From contig JAFGPL010000099.1 in the NCBI GenBank assembly GCA_016936215.1, positions 4,190-68,189 of the forward strand: a stretch of 64,000 nucleotides of DNA. Direction: 5' to 3'. The translations under genes were made by a program, and so were the position numbers. The notes beneath the pieces were generated by a model that was not told the DNA's origin, ran no database searches, and saw only the letters and a program-made list of their open reading frames with translations. This document shows positions 9,407 through 18,395 of the stretch, piece by piece. Every line of letters begins with the position of its first letter. Within the stretch, counting starts at the first letter, position 1. Source of the DNA: Bacteroidales bacterium. GTDB lineage: Bacteria > Bacteroidota > Bacteroidia > Bacteroidales > UBA10428.

Positions 9407-11404
9407 ATGACTAATCTTAAAAAATGCAAAATGAACAGAATACTTTTGTCAGTCATGCTATTTTTTTTGTTTACTGAACTTAGTGCGCAGAACATTAAGA
9501 AAGGATACAAACAACTTGAAAAATCGGACTATCTCAAAGCCAAAGAATTTTTTGAAGCTGAATACCGGACCAACAGTTCAAGTGCGGCAGCTACCTTTGG
9601 CCTTATGATAATCTTTGCCGACAGCAATTCACCATTTTACAATCTTACCGAGGCATGGTCTCATGCACGTGTTACCGAAAAAAGTGTAAACAGGCTGAAC
9701 GAGGAAGAAAAAGCCATCATTGCCGAATATTTCACAAATACGGAGGTTAGGCGCAGCAACTGGCCTGTGAATAAAAAAATAATGCAGGCAATAGGGGCCA
9801 TAGAAGCAAAACTCATAAAATATATCAGGGAAGAAAACAACCTTGAACTTGCAAATACCGTAATTGAAAAATTTCCCGATTTCAGGTATTACAAAAATGT
9901 AATTCATATAAGAAACCAACTCGAGTTCAGAAAAGTTGAAAAGCAGAACAACCTGGATGGTTACCTGGAGTTCATGAAAAAATTTCCCGATGCGGCCCAG
10001 AACAGCAAAGCAGTTAAATACCGTGATGCACTGGCATTTGAAAAAGCCAGAAGCATCAACACGGACGAGGCTTATAATGATTATATGAAAAAATATCCTG
10101 CAGCCTACAATTATGGAGATGCCCTTAAATTAAGAAATGCTGCGGCATTCAGGCTTGCAAAACAGAAAAACACCATCGGGTCTTTCGAATATTTTATTGT
10201 TAATTATCCCGATGCCCTTGAAATCGCCGATGCAAAAAGAATTCAGCAACAGTTGCTTTATGAATATGCAAGGAGGATTCAGACACTCGAAGCCTACGAT
10301 GATTTCATTTCGAAATATCCTGACGGCAGCCATTATATTGATATTTTCAACCTTAAATCACTTGACCTGGGCATGAAGTTTTTTAATAGTTCCGGACTAA
10401 AATGGAACAATGTTATGTGGTCAAGAAGCTTTGACAATGGTAAGTTTCCCGATTATGCAGGCGGAATTGCGGTTAGTGGTTCAAACGAATATGTAATTGC
10501 CGGAAACACACTGCAATCCGATTCTGTCTATCGCGACGCGTGGATCATCAAACTTGATGAAAATGGGAAAATGATTTGGAATAAGGTGCTGGGCGACCGT
10601 TATAATGACAGTGTATTTGCTGTTTTCGTTAACAACAGTCAGGACATTTTAGTACTTGGTTATACCTGGCTGACCCCTGATTCGGCGTCAAGGGAAGGAT
10701 GGATATTTAAACTTGATGCTACGGGTAAAAAAATATGGAACAGGAGCCTTGGCAAATGGGATATTCATACTGCAGCAATAAATGCTGAAAATGAAATCTT
10801 TATTGGCGGTTACAGGGTGAATGACTCGCTTGAACACAATTACAATTTGATGGTCATTAATAATTCGGGTAAAAAACTTTGGGAAAGAACTTACATTTCA
10901 CCGGGTGAAATACAAAAACTATTGATAGAAAATGACAATCAAATAATTATGGGTGGTTCGGAGTGGTGTTTTAAAATGAATTCAAAGGGTTATCTTACAT
11001 GGGAGATACCACATGGTTTCTATGGTAGAATAATGACTATGGATTACCAGTTAAACGAAAATGCGATAATCATCAGCAGCTTTTCAGATTCTGTATCAAT
11101 TTCCCTGGCAAAAATTGATGGAAATGGAAAAAAAATCTGGCAGAAGAATTACATCAATCCCGGGTATGTATCTCTTTCATCGTTGAAAATACTTAATAAC
11201 AATACCATTGCCCTAATTGCCGGAACTCTTGAAAATCAAGAGCTTGTTGTTTTTATGGATAATGGAAATGAAATTATAAGGCATACCATTCCAGAACAGG
11301 TTATAATTCATGAGATAATGACAGATAAAAAGGGTAACCTGTTGTTACAATGTACTGAAAACGGAAATATCAACCTTATAAAAAACTCCGGGTACGGATT
11401 ATAA
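9407..11404 (+). CDS. secreted repeat protein: TPR-like helical repeats plus beta-propeller-like C-terminal half
   Basis: 665 aa, signal peptide. Five repeats of a (F/Y)xxK(F/Y)P(D/A) unit (EKFPDF, MKKFPDA, MKKYPAA, VNYPDA, SKYPDG). Then 5-6 repeats of G(K/N)x(I/L)W about 45-55 aa apart. Confidence 0.55.
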   Translation: MTNLKKCKMNRILLSVMLFFLFTELSAQNIKKGYKQLEKSDYLKAKEFFEAEYRTNSSSAAATFGLMIIFADSNSPFYNLTEAWSHARVTEKSVNRLNEEEKAIIAEYFTNTEVRRSNWPVNKKIMQAIGAIEAKLIKYIREENNLELANTVIEKFPDFRYYKNVIHIRNQLEFRKVEKQNNLDGYLEFMKKFPDAAQNSKAVKYRDALAFEKARSINTDEAYNDYMKKYPAAYNYGDALKLRNAAAFRLAKQKNTIGSFEYFIVNYPDALEIADAKRIQQQLLYEYARRIQTLEAYDDFISKYPDGSHYIDIFNLKSLDLGMKFFNSSGLKWNNVMWSRSFDNGKFPDYAGGIAVSGSNEYVIAGNTLQSDSVYRDAWIIKLDENGKMIWNKVLGDRYNDSVFAVFVNNSQDILVLGYTWLTPDSASREGWIFKLDATGKKIWNRSLGKWDIHTAAINAENEIFIGGYRVNDSLEHNYNLMVINNSGKKLWERTYISPGEIQKLLIENDNQIIMGGSEWCFKMNSKGYLTWEIPHGFYGRIMTMDYQLNENAIIISSFSDSVSISLAKIDGNGKKIWQKNYINPGYVSLSSLKILNNNTIALIAGTLENQELVVFMDNGNEIIRHTIPEQVIIHEIMTDKKGNLLLQCTENGNINLIKNSGYGL

Positions 11405-11691
11405 TCTCTTTAGCATACCCTTACGCACAACAGGCAACATACTCCCGTCTTCCTTCTCAATGTATGTGGGGGCTTTTATTACCATTATCATTAGCGCGAT
11501 GAAGCAAATGATGAAAAAATAAAACAGTCCGAAAAGGAACATTTTGGCTAACACAATTATTTGTATGTTGGTCAACAATATCATGTATTTAATCTACGTT
11601 TTTATTCTGTTCGTCAAATTTTATAATTACTTTTACGTAGATTATTCGTAAAAGATTTGTTTTTCAAACATTTTTTTTATAAACCCGGAAA

Positions 11692-12528
11692 ATGTCACCT
11701 GAAATAGAGCTGCAGTCAACTATAAATACCCTGAAATACGAGATACACAGGCAAAGAAGGGAGTTAACCGAAAGTATTCGATATGCAAGTTACATACAGA
11801 AAGCACTACTGCCTTCTCCTGTCTTGTTTAAAAAACTCTTACCTGACCATTTTGTTCTTTTTCAGCCCAAAGATATCGTGAGTGGTGATTTTTACTGGAT
11901 CACAAAAAAAAAATCTGAAATCATTATTGCAGTTGCAGATTGCACGGGCCACGGAGTCCCCGGTGCTTTTATGAGTATTCTTGGAATTACCATGCTTAAT
12001 GAAGTTGTCGGCCGTGGAAGTTTTACCTCTGCCGGTTCTATACTAAACCAGTTACGTGAAGGAATTATGAAAGCACTCAGCCAGACTGGTGAAGAGTATG
12101 AACAAAAAGACGGAATAGACATGGCGATATGCATTTTTGATACTAAAAGCAACAATTTTCAGTATGCAGGAGCGTTTAATCCCATGTACATCATTCAAAA
12201 CAATAAACTCATTGAAATAAACGGAGATAAAATGCCCATAGGTATTGCTGCTGAAGAAGAAAAATCATTTACTACCCATAGGATTAAGCTTGAACCCGGT
12301 AGTACTGTATACCTTTTTTCCGATGGTTTTGTTGACCAGTTTGGAGGCCCGAATGGAAAAAAATTTAAATACCAGCCTTTTCGGAATTTATTGTTAAAAA
12401 TTAGTGAGTTGCCGATGCACCGTCAGAAAGAAGAATTATTTTACGCTTTCGAAAAATGGAGGGGAAATTATCCACAACTTGATGATTTGCTTATCGTGGG
12501 GTTCCGGTATCATGTTGAAAACTATTGA
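11692..12528 (+). CDS. PP2C/SpoIIE-family serine/threonine phosphatase, catalytic domain only
   Basis: 278 aa. Short N-terminal coiled coil, then DCTGHGVPGAFMS and SDGFVDQFGG blocks typical of SpoIIE/RsbU-type PPM phosphatases. Confidence 0.8.
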   Translation: MSPEIELQSTINTLKYEIHRQRRELTESIRYASYIQKALLPSPVLFKKLLPDHFVLFQPKDIVSGDFYWITKKKSEIIIAVADCTGHGVPGAFMSILGITMLNEVVGRGSFTSAGSILNQLREGIMKALSQTGEEYEQKDGIDMAICIFDTKSNNFQYAGAFNPMYIIQNNKLIEINGDKMPIGIAAEEEKSFTTHRIKLEPGSTVYLFSDGFVDQFGGPNGKKFKYQPFRNLLLKISELPMHRQKEELFYAFEKWRGNYPQLDDLLIVGFRYHVENY

Positions 12529-12551
12529 ACCTTAATGTTGTTACCCTTTTA

Positions 12552-12559
12552 TAGATTTG
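12552..12559 (+). promoter_or_regulatory. candidate Bacteroidota -7 promoter box (TAnnTTTG) for the ATPase gene
   Basis: TAGATTTG lies 40 nt upstream of the ATG at 12599, inside the 70-bp gap after the phosphatase gene. Confidence 0.3.
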
Positions 12560-12598
12560 CTCAGATGATTCAAATTTTACAAAACCTTCAACCGCCAT

Positions 12599-14926
12599 AT
12601 GAAGCTTAAAGCTTTTCGCATAAGAAATTTCCGGTCAATTGTAGATTCGGGCTGGAATTACCTGGCCTACGACAACATAACAGCTTTAATAGGACAGAAT
12701 GAATCGGGTAAGACCTCTGTACTTGAAGCGCTATATAGCTTCTACAACGGGAAAATTTCAGACGATATTCTGCGCAGTGATATGACTTTTCCAATTGTAA
12801 ACTGCACATTTATATTAGAAGGTGAAAAGCTTGCTGATTTGTTCAATTCTGCTGAAATACCCGAACCAATTAGGGAAAAATTTTTGGGTAAAGAGGAACT
12901 TACCCTCATACGTGAATGGAAAGCAGACCGGTCAAGTATTATAAGTATTGGTGATGAAGATATTCTGGAGTATTATTTAAAAAAAGAGGAAGAAAAAAGA
13001 AGTTTTGAACTCGTTGTACAAAATGAAATCACTGAACTCATAAACAGGGCAGATACCATAATAAGCGAGATGCAACTTGCAGAACAGGAACAGCTTGATG
13101 CAAGGAATGAAATGAACCACTGGCAACTGCAACTGGAAAATGTTAAAAGGACGCTTAAAAAGGCACGTAATGCTGATACCCGGTCGAATCTTGAAAATGA
13201 GTATGATACAATTCAAAAAACATATATACAGAAAGAACAGCAATTCGCTGCAAAGCAAAAGAAATTCGAAGAAAAAAAGCAGTTAACACAGGAAATTTCA
13301 GAAAAAGTTACAGTAGCTAAGAAATGTCTTGATGCCATTGAGAACACAAGGACAGCATTGAATGACCTTGATTACCTGGGTAAACAGCTTAAAGAAGCTG
13401 AACATATCTATGAAATCTTTACCAATGAGAAAGAAAAGAAAAATGCTTTGCAAAAACTTGAAAAGCTGCATGGAGAATACCATCGCATCAGGAAGATTTA
13501 TAGTGAATGCCAGGAAAAAGAAATTCTTCAAAAACTGCTGACAGACAAAGTTTTTAAAGGCCAAAATTATAAAGCAGCTGAAGCTGAAGCCCTGACAGAA
13601 ATACAAAACGATAAAAAAATTCTTTCCCCGGAAGATTTTGGGACAATTTTGCTTAAATATATCCCGGTATTTGACTTTTTTGAAGATTTCAGCAGTCTTC
13701 TTCCCAACAAAATTGACCTTGAAGATATACTGCTTGAAAATGAACATACTGAAGGATTTAAAGCAGTTAAAAATTTTTTGGTGATAGCAGGGCTTACCTC
13801 AGATTTTTTTCGTGAAAAAAACCACCGGATACTCAAACAGAAGATAGAAAACCTGAATGGTGAGATAACCATTGATTTTCAGGATTACTGGCGGCAAAAT
13901 GTCGGTAAGGACAATAAAATTCGACTTAATTTCGAATTAGAACATTATGACTATACAGAACCCGAGAAAAGTGGCAAGCCTTATCTTGAATTCTGGATAA
14001 AAGACAGGCAGGAACGTTTATACCCAAAGCAAAGGAGCAGGGGAGTGCGCTGGTTTCTTTCCTTTTACCTCGAACTTAAGGCTACATCTATTCAAAACTC
14101 GGTTAAAAGGATTTTGTTAATAGATGAACCAGGACTTAGCCTGCATGCAAGGGCACAGGAAGATGTGCTGAAAGTATTTGAAGACCTCAAAGGGAGTATG
14201 CAAATTGTATATTGCACCCATTCCCCGCATCTTGTAGATGTAAATAAGTTGTACCGGGTTCTTGCGGTGCAACGCGCTGACGAAAATGATGAAAACAGTG
14301 AATCTGTTATCCTCGACTCAAAATCTTTACCCGAGGCCTCCACCGATACGCTATCACCGATTTATTCACTAATGGGTGCAAAGGTGAACGAACAACAATT
14401 TATTCAGCAAAAGAATAATATTATCGTTCAGGATACTGTAACCTATTTCTTTTTGCAAGCCATGTCTGAAATATTTAATCTCAATAAAAGTGTCCATTTC
14501 ATTCCGGCTTCAGGTATTAATGGTATACAGACGCTTGCAAATATTCTTACCGGCTGGAGACTTGATTTTTACATTCTTTTGTTTGGTAATGGCGAACTGA
14601 AAAAAGCAGCAGAAGATATCCGAAATTCCCATTTTCTGTCAGACCCGAAAAGCGCCGACAAGAAAATAAAAGTCTTTGATGATATTGCATCAGTCGAAAA
14701 TTTATTTTCAACAATTGATTTTAAAAGATATATCCTGCAAAAACGAGTCGGTATTACCGAATCAAATTCTGATTATATAATAACAAATGAGCTTTCAAGA
14801 ACTTTGCTGGCTTCAGGATTTATTTCCCATATTAAAGAACACAATATCTCTTTTGAAGATTTTGATGAAGACACCAGGCGCAATTTCAGTGAACTATTCA
14901 ATGCCATTCAAAGCATGATCGAATAA
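12599..14926 (+). CDS. OLD/PARIS-like ABC-type ATPase with coiled-coil insertion and degenerate Toprim-like C-terminal domain
   Basis: 775 aa. N-terminus LKAFRIRNFRSI, Walker A GQNESGKTS. E/K/Q-rich coiled coil at about aa 120-340. Signature-like RSRGVRWFLSF, Walker B LLIDEPGLSLH, H-loop YCTHSP. Tail NIIVQDTVTYFFL...HFIPASG...YILLFGNGE. Confidence 0.7.
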   Translation: MKLKAFRIRNFRSIVDSGWNYLAYDNITALIGQNESGKTSVLEALYSFYNGKISDDILRSDMTFPIVNCTFILEGEKLADLFNSAEIPEPIREKFLGKEELTLIREWKADRSSIISIGDEDILEYYLKKEEEKRSFELVVQNEITELINRADTIISEMQLAEQEQLDARNEMNHWQLQLENVKRTLKKARNADTRSNLENEYDTIQKTYIQKEQQFAAKQKKFEEKKQLTQEISEKVTVAKKCLDAIENTRTALNDLDYLGKQLKEAEHIYEIFTNEKEKKNALQKLEKLHGEYHRIRKIYSECQEKEILQKLLTDKVFKGQNYKAAEAEALTEIQNDKKILSPEDFGTILLKYIPVFDFFEDFSSLLPNKIDLEDILLENEHTEGFKAVKNFLVIAGLTSDFFREKNHRILKQKIENLNGEITIDFQDYWRQNVGKDNKIRLNFELEHYDYTEPEKSGKPYLEFWIKDRQERLYPKQRSRGVRWFLSFYLELKATSIQNSVKRILLIDEPGLSLHARAQEDVLKVFEDLKGSMQIVYCTHSPHLVDVNKLYRVLAVQRADENDENSESVILDSKSLPEASTDTLSPIYSLMGAKVNEQQFIQQKNNIIVQDTVTYFFLQAMSEIFNLNKSVHFIPASGINGIQTLANILTGWRLDFYILLFGNGELKKAAEDIRNSHFLSDPKSADKKIKVFDDIASVENLFSTIDFKRYILQKRVGITESNSDYIITNELSRTLLASGFISHIKEHNISFEDFDEDTRRNFSELFNAIQSMIE

Positions 14927-15081
14927 TCTGCTATTTTCACTTTTATTACTTCCTTAGTTCCGCAAGTTATTTTTTATCAAAAGATAGTTTTTGGTGAATA
15001 TTCATAACAATTTTTGTTAATGATAATATATTGAATATGTGATTAATATAAATTTTTTTGCAAAAAATACTAAAAAAATTA

Positions 15082-15128
15082 TTGACGAACGTAACATTTT
15101 TTTTGACGAATGTGTATAATATTTTGAC
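15082..15128 (+). promoter_or_regulatory. three phased TTGAC direct repeats (21-bp period)
   Basis: TTGACGAACGT at 15082, TTGACGAATGT at 15103 and TTGACTAAATT at 15124. Starts are exactly 21 nt apart. Confidence 0.4.
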
Positions 15129-15136
15129 TAAATTGC

Positions 15137-15144
15137 TATATTTG
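15137..15144 (+). promoter_or_regulatory. candidate Bacteroidota -7 promoter box (TAnnTTTG)
   Basis: TATATTTG lies 40 nt upstream of the mini-ORF ATG at 15184. Confidence 0.3.
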
Positions 15145-15183
15145 ATACCGTAATTGCATAATTATTCACAAAAACCAAATAAG

Positions 15184-15279
15184 ATGACTGTTTCGTTATT
15201 ACTGCTTGTTCCGCTTCTTTCACTTGCCGTGATTGGTTATTTTGTTTTCACTGCACCGGAATTTAAGGAAATTCGTTAA
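15184..15279 (+). CDS. 31-aa hydrophobic mini-protein (single TM helix), absent from the ORF track
   Basis: ATG...TAA encodes MTVSLLLLVPLLSLAVIGYFVFTAPEFKEIR. A promoter-like box lies upstream and a strong hairpin with a T-run lies downstream. Confidence 0.35.
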   Translation: MTVSLLLLVPLLSLAVIGYFVFTAPEFKEIR

Positions 15280-15306
15280 CGGATACGGACTCAAAAAAAC
15301 TTTTGG

Positions 15307-15340
15307 AGAAGCTGAATTTTAAAATTTGGCTTCTTTTTTG
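15307..15340 (+). terminator. Rho-independent terminator-like hairpin
   Basis: agaagctgaatt-ttaa-aatttggcttct forms a 12-bp stem (2 G.U pairs) with a 4-nt loop, followed by tttttgttgtt. Confidence 0.6.
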
Positions 15341-15437
15341 TTGTTATACCCCCGGGTTTTACCCTCCAAAATTTTTAATCTAATTATTCATTTGCTATTT
15401 TTGGCGGGTATCAAGTGTAATTCAAAAAATATATGCA

Positions 15438-16430
15438 ATGGTGAAGATGTTTAGATTTCAGATTTTTCTGCAAGTCGTTTTATCGGGATTCGGCCTTTCT
15501 GTTTCATCACAGGATTTGCAGGTTTCGGGTTTTACAAAGGAGTTAAATGTAAAATTTACAACACTTGATGAAAAGAAAATAGAAAAAGGCATAGAAATCC
15601 TTACAGAAGCTGAAAAAACACTGTCTGAAGCAAAAGCAACCTATGACGGTCTTTCTGACCTTGAAAAGAAAGAGAAAGTATCTGATACTTATGTAAAATC
15701 ATTAAATAAGATTCGTGAAGCTTCTGAAAAGTACAAAGAAGGGTATGCTGTAATCTACACCGTATTTAAGGAAAAATGTGAAGAATTCTGGAACAATATG
15801 AAAAAAGTTCAGCATTTTGCCGCAGGTGTTGAAAAAGGAAAGTATTATGAAAGACAGGCCGGTAAACAAAAAGCAATGTCAGCCCAGCGCAGGGACCAGG
15901 TTTTATGGACCGACAGGTTTGAATATGCCGTACTTAAATTAAAGGAAGCAAATGAACTCGATCTTCTTATAATCAGGGACCAGGGCAGGGCGCTTCAGGT
16001 TTATACTGATTACCCCGTGGAGTATAATTATGGTTGGGAAAATGATGTGACACTCGAAGAAATTGAGGAAATCTACAGAAACCCTGCAGTTAATGAACCT
16101 CCTGAAGATATCTATGCCACTGTGAACAGCGATACAAAAGTTGATCCCATGTTAAGAGAAGAGATTATTTTTAAAGTGCAGATTGCTGCACATACAGTTC
16201 CTATTACCGGGGAATTACTTCGGCTGATATACAAGGGAACAATGCCAATTGACATGATATATGAGGATAACTGGTACAAATATTCGATAGGCAGGTACCA
16301 TAATTTTGATGAAGCCAATAAAGTCTTGCAGGAATGCCATGTTAGAAAAGCTTTCATTGTAGCTTACCAGGGGGGTAAAAAACTCACAATTCAGGAAGCA
16401 TTGGGATTATTGGAGCAAAATCCACAATAA
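15438..16430 (+). CDS. secreted protein with C-terminal SPOR-like domain
   Basis: 330 aa, signal peptide, coiled-coil N-terminal half. The C-terminus FKVQIAAHTVPI...YKYSIGRYHNFDEANKVLQECHVRKAFIVAY fits the SPOR beta-alpha-beta-beta pattern. Confidence 0.55.
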   Translation: MVKMFRFQIFLQVVLSGFGLSVSSQDLQVSGFTKELNVKFTTLDEKKIEKGIEILTEAEKTLSEAKATYDGLSDLEKKEKVSDTYVKSLNKIREASEKYKEGYAVIYTVFKEKCEEFWNNMKKVQHFAAGVEKGKYYERQAGKQKAMSAQRRDQVLWTDRFEYAVLKLKEANELDLLIIRDQGRALQVYTDYPVEYNYGWENDVTLEEIEEIYRNPAVNEPPEDIYATVNSDTKVDPMLREEIIFKVQIAAHTVPITGELLRLIYKGTMPIDMIYEDNWYKYSIGRYHNFDEANKVLQECHVRKAFIVAYQGGKKLTIQEALGLLEQNPQ

Positions 16431-16431
16431 G

Positions 16432-17106
16432 TTAGTATAATTTCACCCTGTATACCGGCAATTCCACAATAAGTTTGCCTTCTCCTTCTGCAAAAATATT
16501 GAATATAACCTCTTTGCCGGGACTAAGATTATTAATCACCATTTTGGTTCCCAGGTTGATCCTGTTCCCTTGGTTAAAATGCTGTTTGTAAAGTCCCCCA
16601 TAAATATATCCGATCGTGAACCTGTTAATTTTAAACCAGTTACCAGAGTTCAGAATATCCGAACTTATAAAAATGGAAATGCTGTCAGCCTCAAGCAAGG
16701 CAGTTCTTGAAAAATTTGACAGGCTTTCTAGCCTGAAAGTGTCTATCTGTAACTTTGGCTCAGGTATTTTTTTAACACTATAAAATCTCTGTCCTATTAT
16801 CGAAGTGTCATTTTCGTCAACCTTCATCAAAACCATACGCGATAACCCCGTTCTTACAGGTATTACAACAAAACAGAGACTGTCAACAAAAGCCTTACCA
16901 TTGTTTGTAAAAAGTATATATTCATTAATATTTTCAACCCTGTCAAGGTTCAGCCTTATGGGGTTATCTATACCTGCATAAAGTGTTCCCGATCTTGAAT
17001 TAAGTAATGATAAGGCACTGTCGGGAAGACTGGCACCATATTTATACTGGCTTCTTAACAGGGTAAAGTTAAAAATCAATAATATAACAAGGGATATAAT
17101 TTTCAT
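16432..17106 (-). CDS. secreted protein of unknown function
   Basis: 224 aa, signal peptide. The start overlaps the rlmN stop by 4 nt (ATGA), implying co-transcription. YAGIDNPIRLNLD is faintly reminiscent of GldM C-terminal Ig-like domains. Confidence 0.5.
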   Translation of the reverse strand: MKIISLVILLIFNFTLLRSQYKYGASLPDSALSLLNSRSGTLYAGIDNPIRLNLDRVENINEYILFTNNGKAFVDSLCFVVIPVRTGLSRMVLMKVDENDTSIIGQRFYSVKKIPEPKLQIDTFRLESLSNFSRTALLEADSISIFISSDILNSGNWFKINRFTIGYIYGGLYKQHFNQGNRINLGTKMVINNLSPGKEVIFNIFAEGEGKLIVELPVYRVKLY

Positions 17107-18149
17107 CCGGTTTTAGGTTCTTTCATATCGTTTTTTTTCATTTCTAAAGTAGAGAGCAACCCGCAGGCAGCCAGAATATCAACCCCCCGCGATGCCCTTA
17201 TAGTAGTAACAATCCCTTTTTTATTTAGTTTATTTTTAAATTCTTCTATAGTCTGATCATCTGAGGAGATAAACCGGGTACCGGGTATTGAATGAAACCT
17301 GATAAGATTTATGCGGCATTTTAGCCCGTTAAGAAGGCTTGCCAGACCGTTGATATGTCTTGCGGTATCGTTTAATCCCCTAAACATGATATATTCAAAC
17401 GATACCCTTCTCTGGCTGTTAAACCCGTATTCTTTTAACAGGGTGATGATTTTATTTATATTATGAACAGATTCAATGGGCATAATTTTCTTTCGTTCTT
17501 CGGGAAACGGATTATGCAGGCTGATTGCCAGGTGACACCTGCTTTTTTCTATGAAAGTAAGTAACTGCGGTAAGAGTCCAATGGTCGAAACAGTAATTCT
17601 TGTCGGGCTCATGGCTAAACCATAATCAGAAGTCAGTATATCAAGGCTTTTTAACACTTCTTCAAGATTGTCCAGGGGTTCACCCATTCCCATATAAACA
17701 ATATTGGTAAGCTTCTCACTTTCGGGAATGCTGAATATCTGGTTCAGGATTTCTGAACTTTTTAGATTACCCTGAAATCCCTGTTTTGCAGTCATACAAA
17801 AAAAACACCCCATTTTACATCCAACCTGTGATGATACACAAAGTGTATGTCTGCTATTTTCAGGGATATAAGCGGTTTCAATAAACCTGCCATTAACTGT
17901 GGAAAAAAGGTATTTCCTTGTGCCGTCAGAAGATATGCTTACATCTGCAGGGGGAGTATGCTCAACGGTGAATTTTTCTTTGAGCCTTTCACGATGGTTC
18001 CTGGCAATATTGGTCATTTCATCAACCGAGCTGCATCTTTTTTTATACAGCCAATCGGCTATTTGTTTGCCGGCATAAGAAGGAAGCGAATTTTCCGCAA
18101 CAATTGAACTAAGTTCTTCATAGGTTTTACCAAAGAGATTTTCCTTCAT
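17103..18149 (-). CDS. rlmN: 23S rRNA/tRNA adenine-C2 methyltransferase RlmN (radical SAM)
   Basis: 348 aa. CVSSQVGCKMGCFFCMT (Cx3Cx2C), GMGEPL, and a C-terminal catalytic Cys region ILAACG. Confidence 0.9.
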   Translation of the reverse strand: MKENLFGKTYEELSSIVAENSLPSYAGKQIADWLYKKRCSSVDEMTNIARNHRERLKEKFTVEHTPPADVSISSDGTRKYLFSTVNGRFIETAYIPENSRHTLCVSSQVGCKMGCFFCMTAKQGFQGNLKSSEILNQIFSIPESEKLTNIVYMGMGEPLDNLEEVLKSLDILTSDYGLAMSPTRITVSTIGLLPQLLTFIEKSRCHLAISLHNPFPEERKKIMPIESVHNINKIITLLKEYGFNSQRRVSFEYIMFRGLNDTARHINGLASLLNGLKCRINLIRFHSIPGTRFISSDDQTIEEFKNKLNKKGIVTTIRASRGVDILAACGLLSTLEMKKNDMKEPKTG

Positions 18150-18266
18150 GCCAGATGTAATGATTTAAAAATTAATGATGTAGAATATCAGAATATCTTG
18201 ACGGATAGAATTAAATATCCATCTGTATTTTTATGTCTAAGTTAACGAATTTTAACATGCCTAACC

Positions 18267-18395
18267 ACAGGTAAGAACCGACATTATTCATATCTTTTAA
18301 CAAATCGTTGATTAGGGCGGTTAAGCCTGCCGGCAAACCTTGACAGAAACATATTGAATGAAAACGGATGAAAAATGGGTTTAACTTTTCTCACA
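18267..18395. repeat. intergenic element, copy B (conserved module)
   Basis: Aligns to 5946-6130 (see copy A) but lacks the roughly 55-nt hairpin insertion of copy A. Confidence 0.7.

Noticed and set aside
11399-11584. 61-aa hydrophobic minus-strand ORF between the propeller-repeat gene and the phosphatase gene
   Set aside because: It overlaps the stop of the upstream plus-strand gene, has no recognisable motif or promoter box, and is AT-rich. It could be real, but the evidence is insufficient to call it.
15082-15120. Sigma70-type promoter TTGACG ... TATAAT
   Set aside because: The spacing between either TTGACG and the TATAAT at 15115-15120 is 27 or 6 nt, not about 17 nt. Bacteroidota primary promoters use TAnnTTTG instead.
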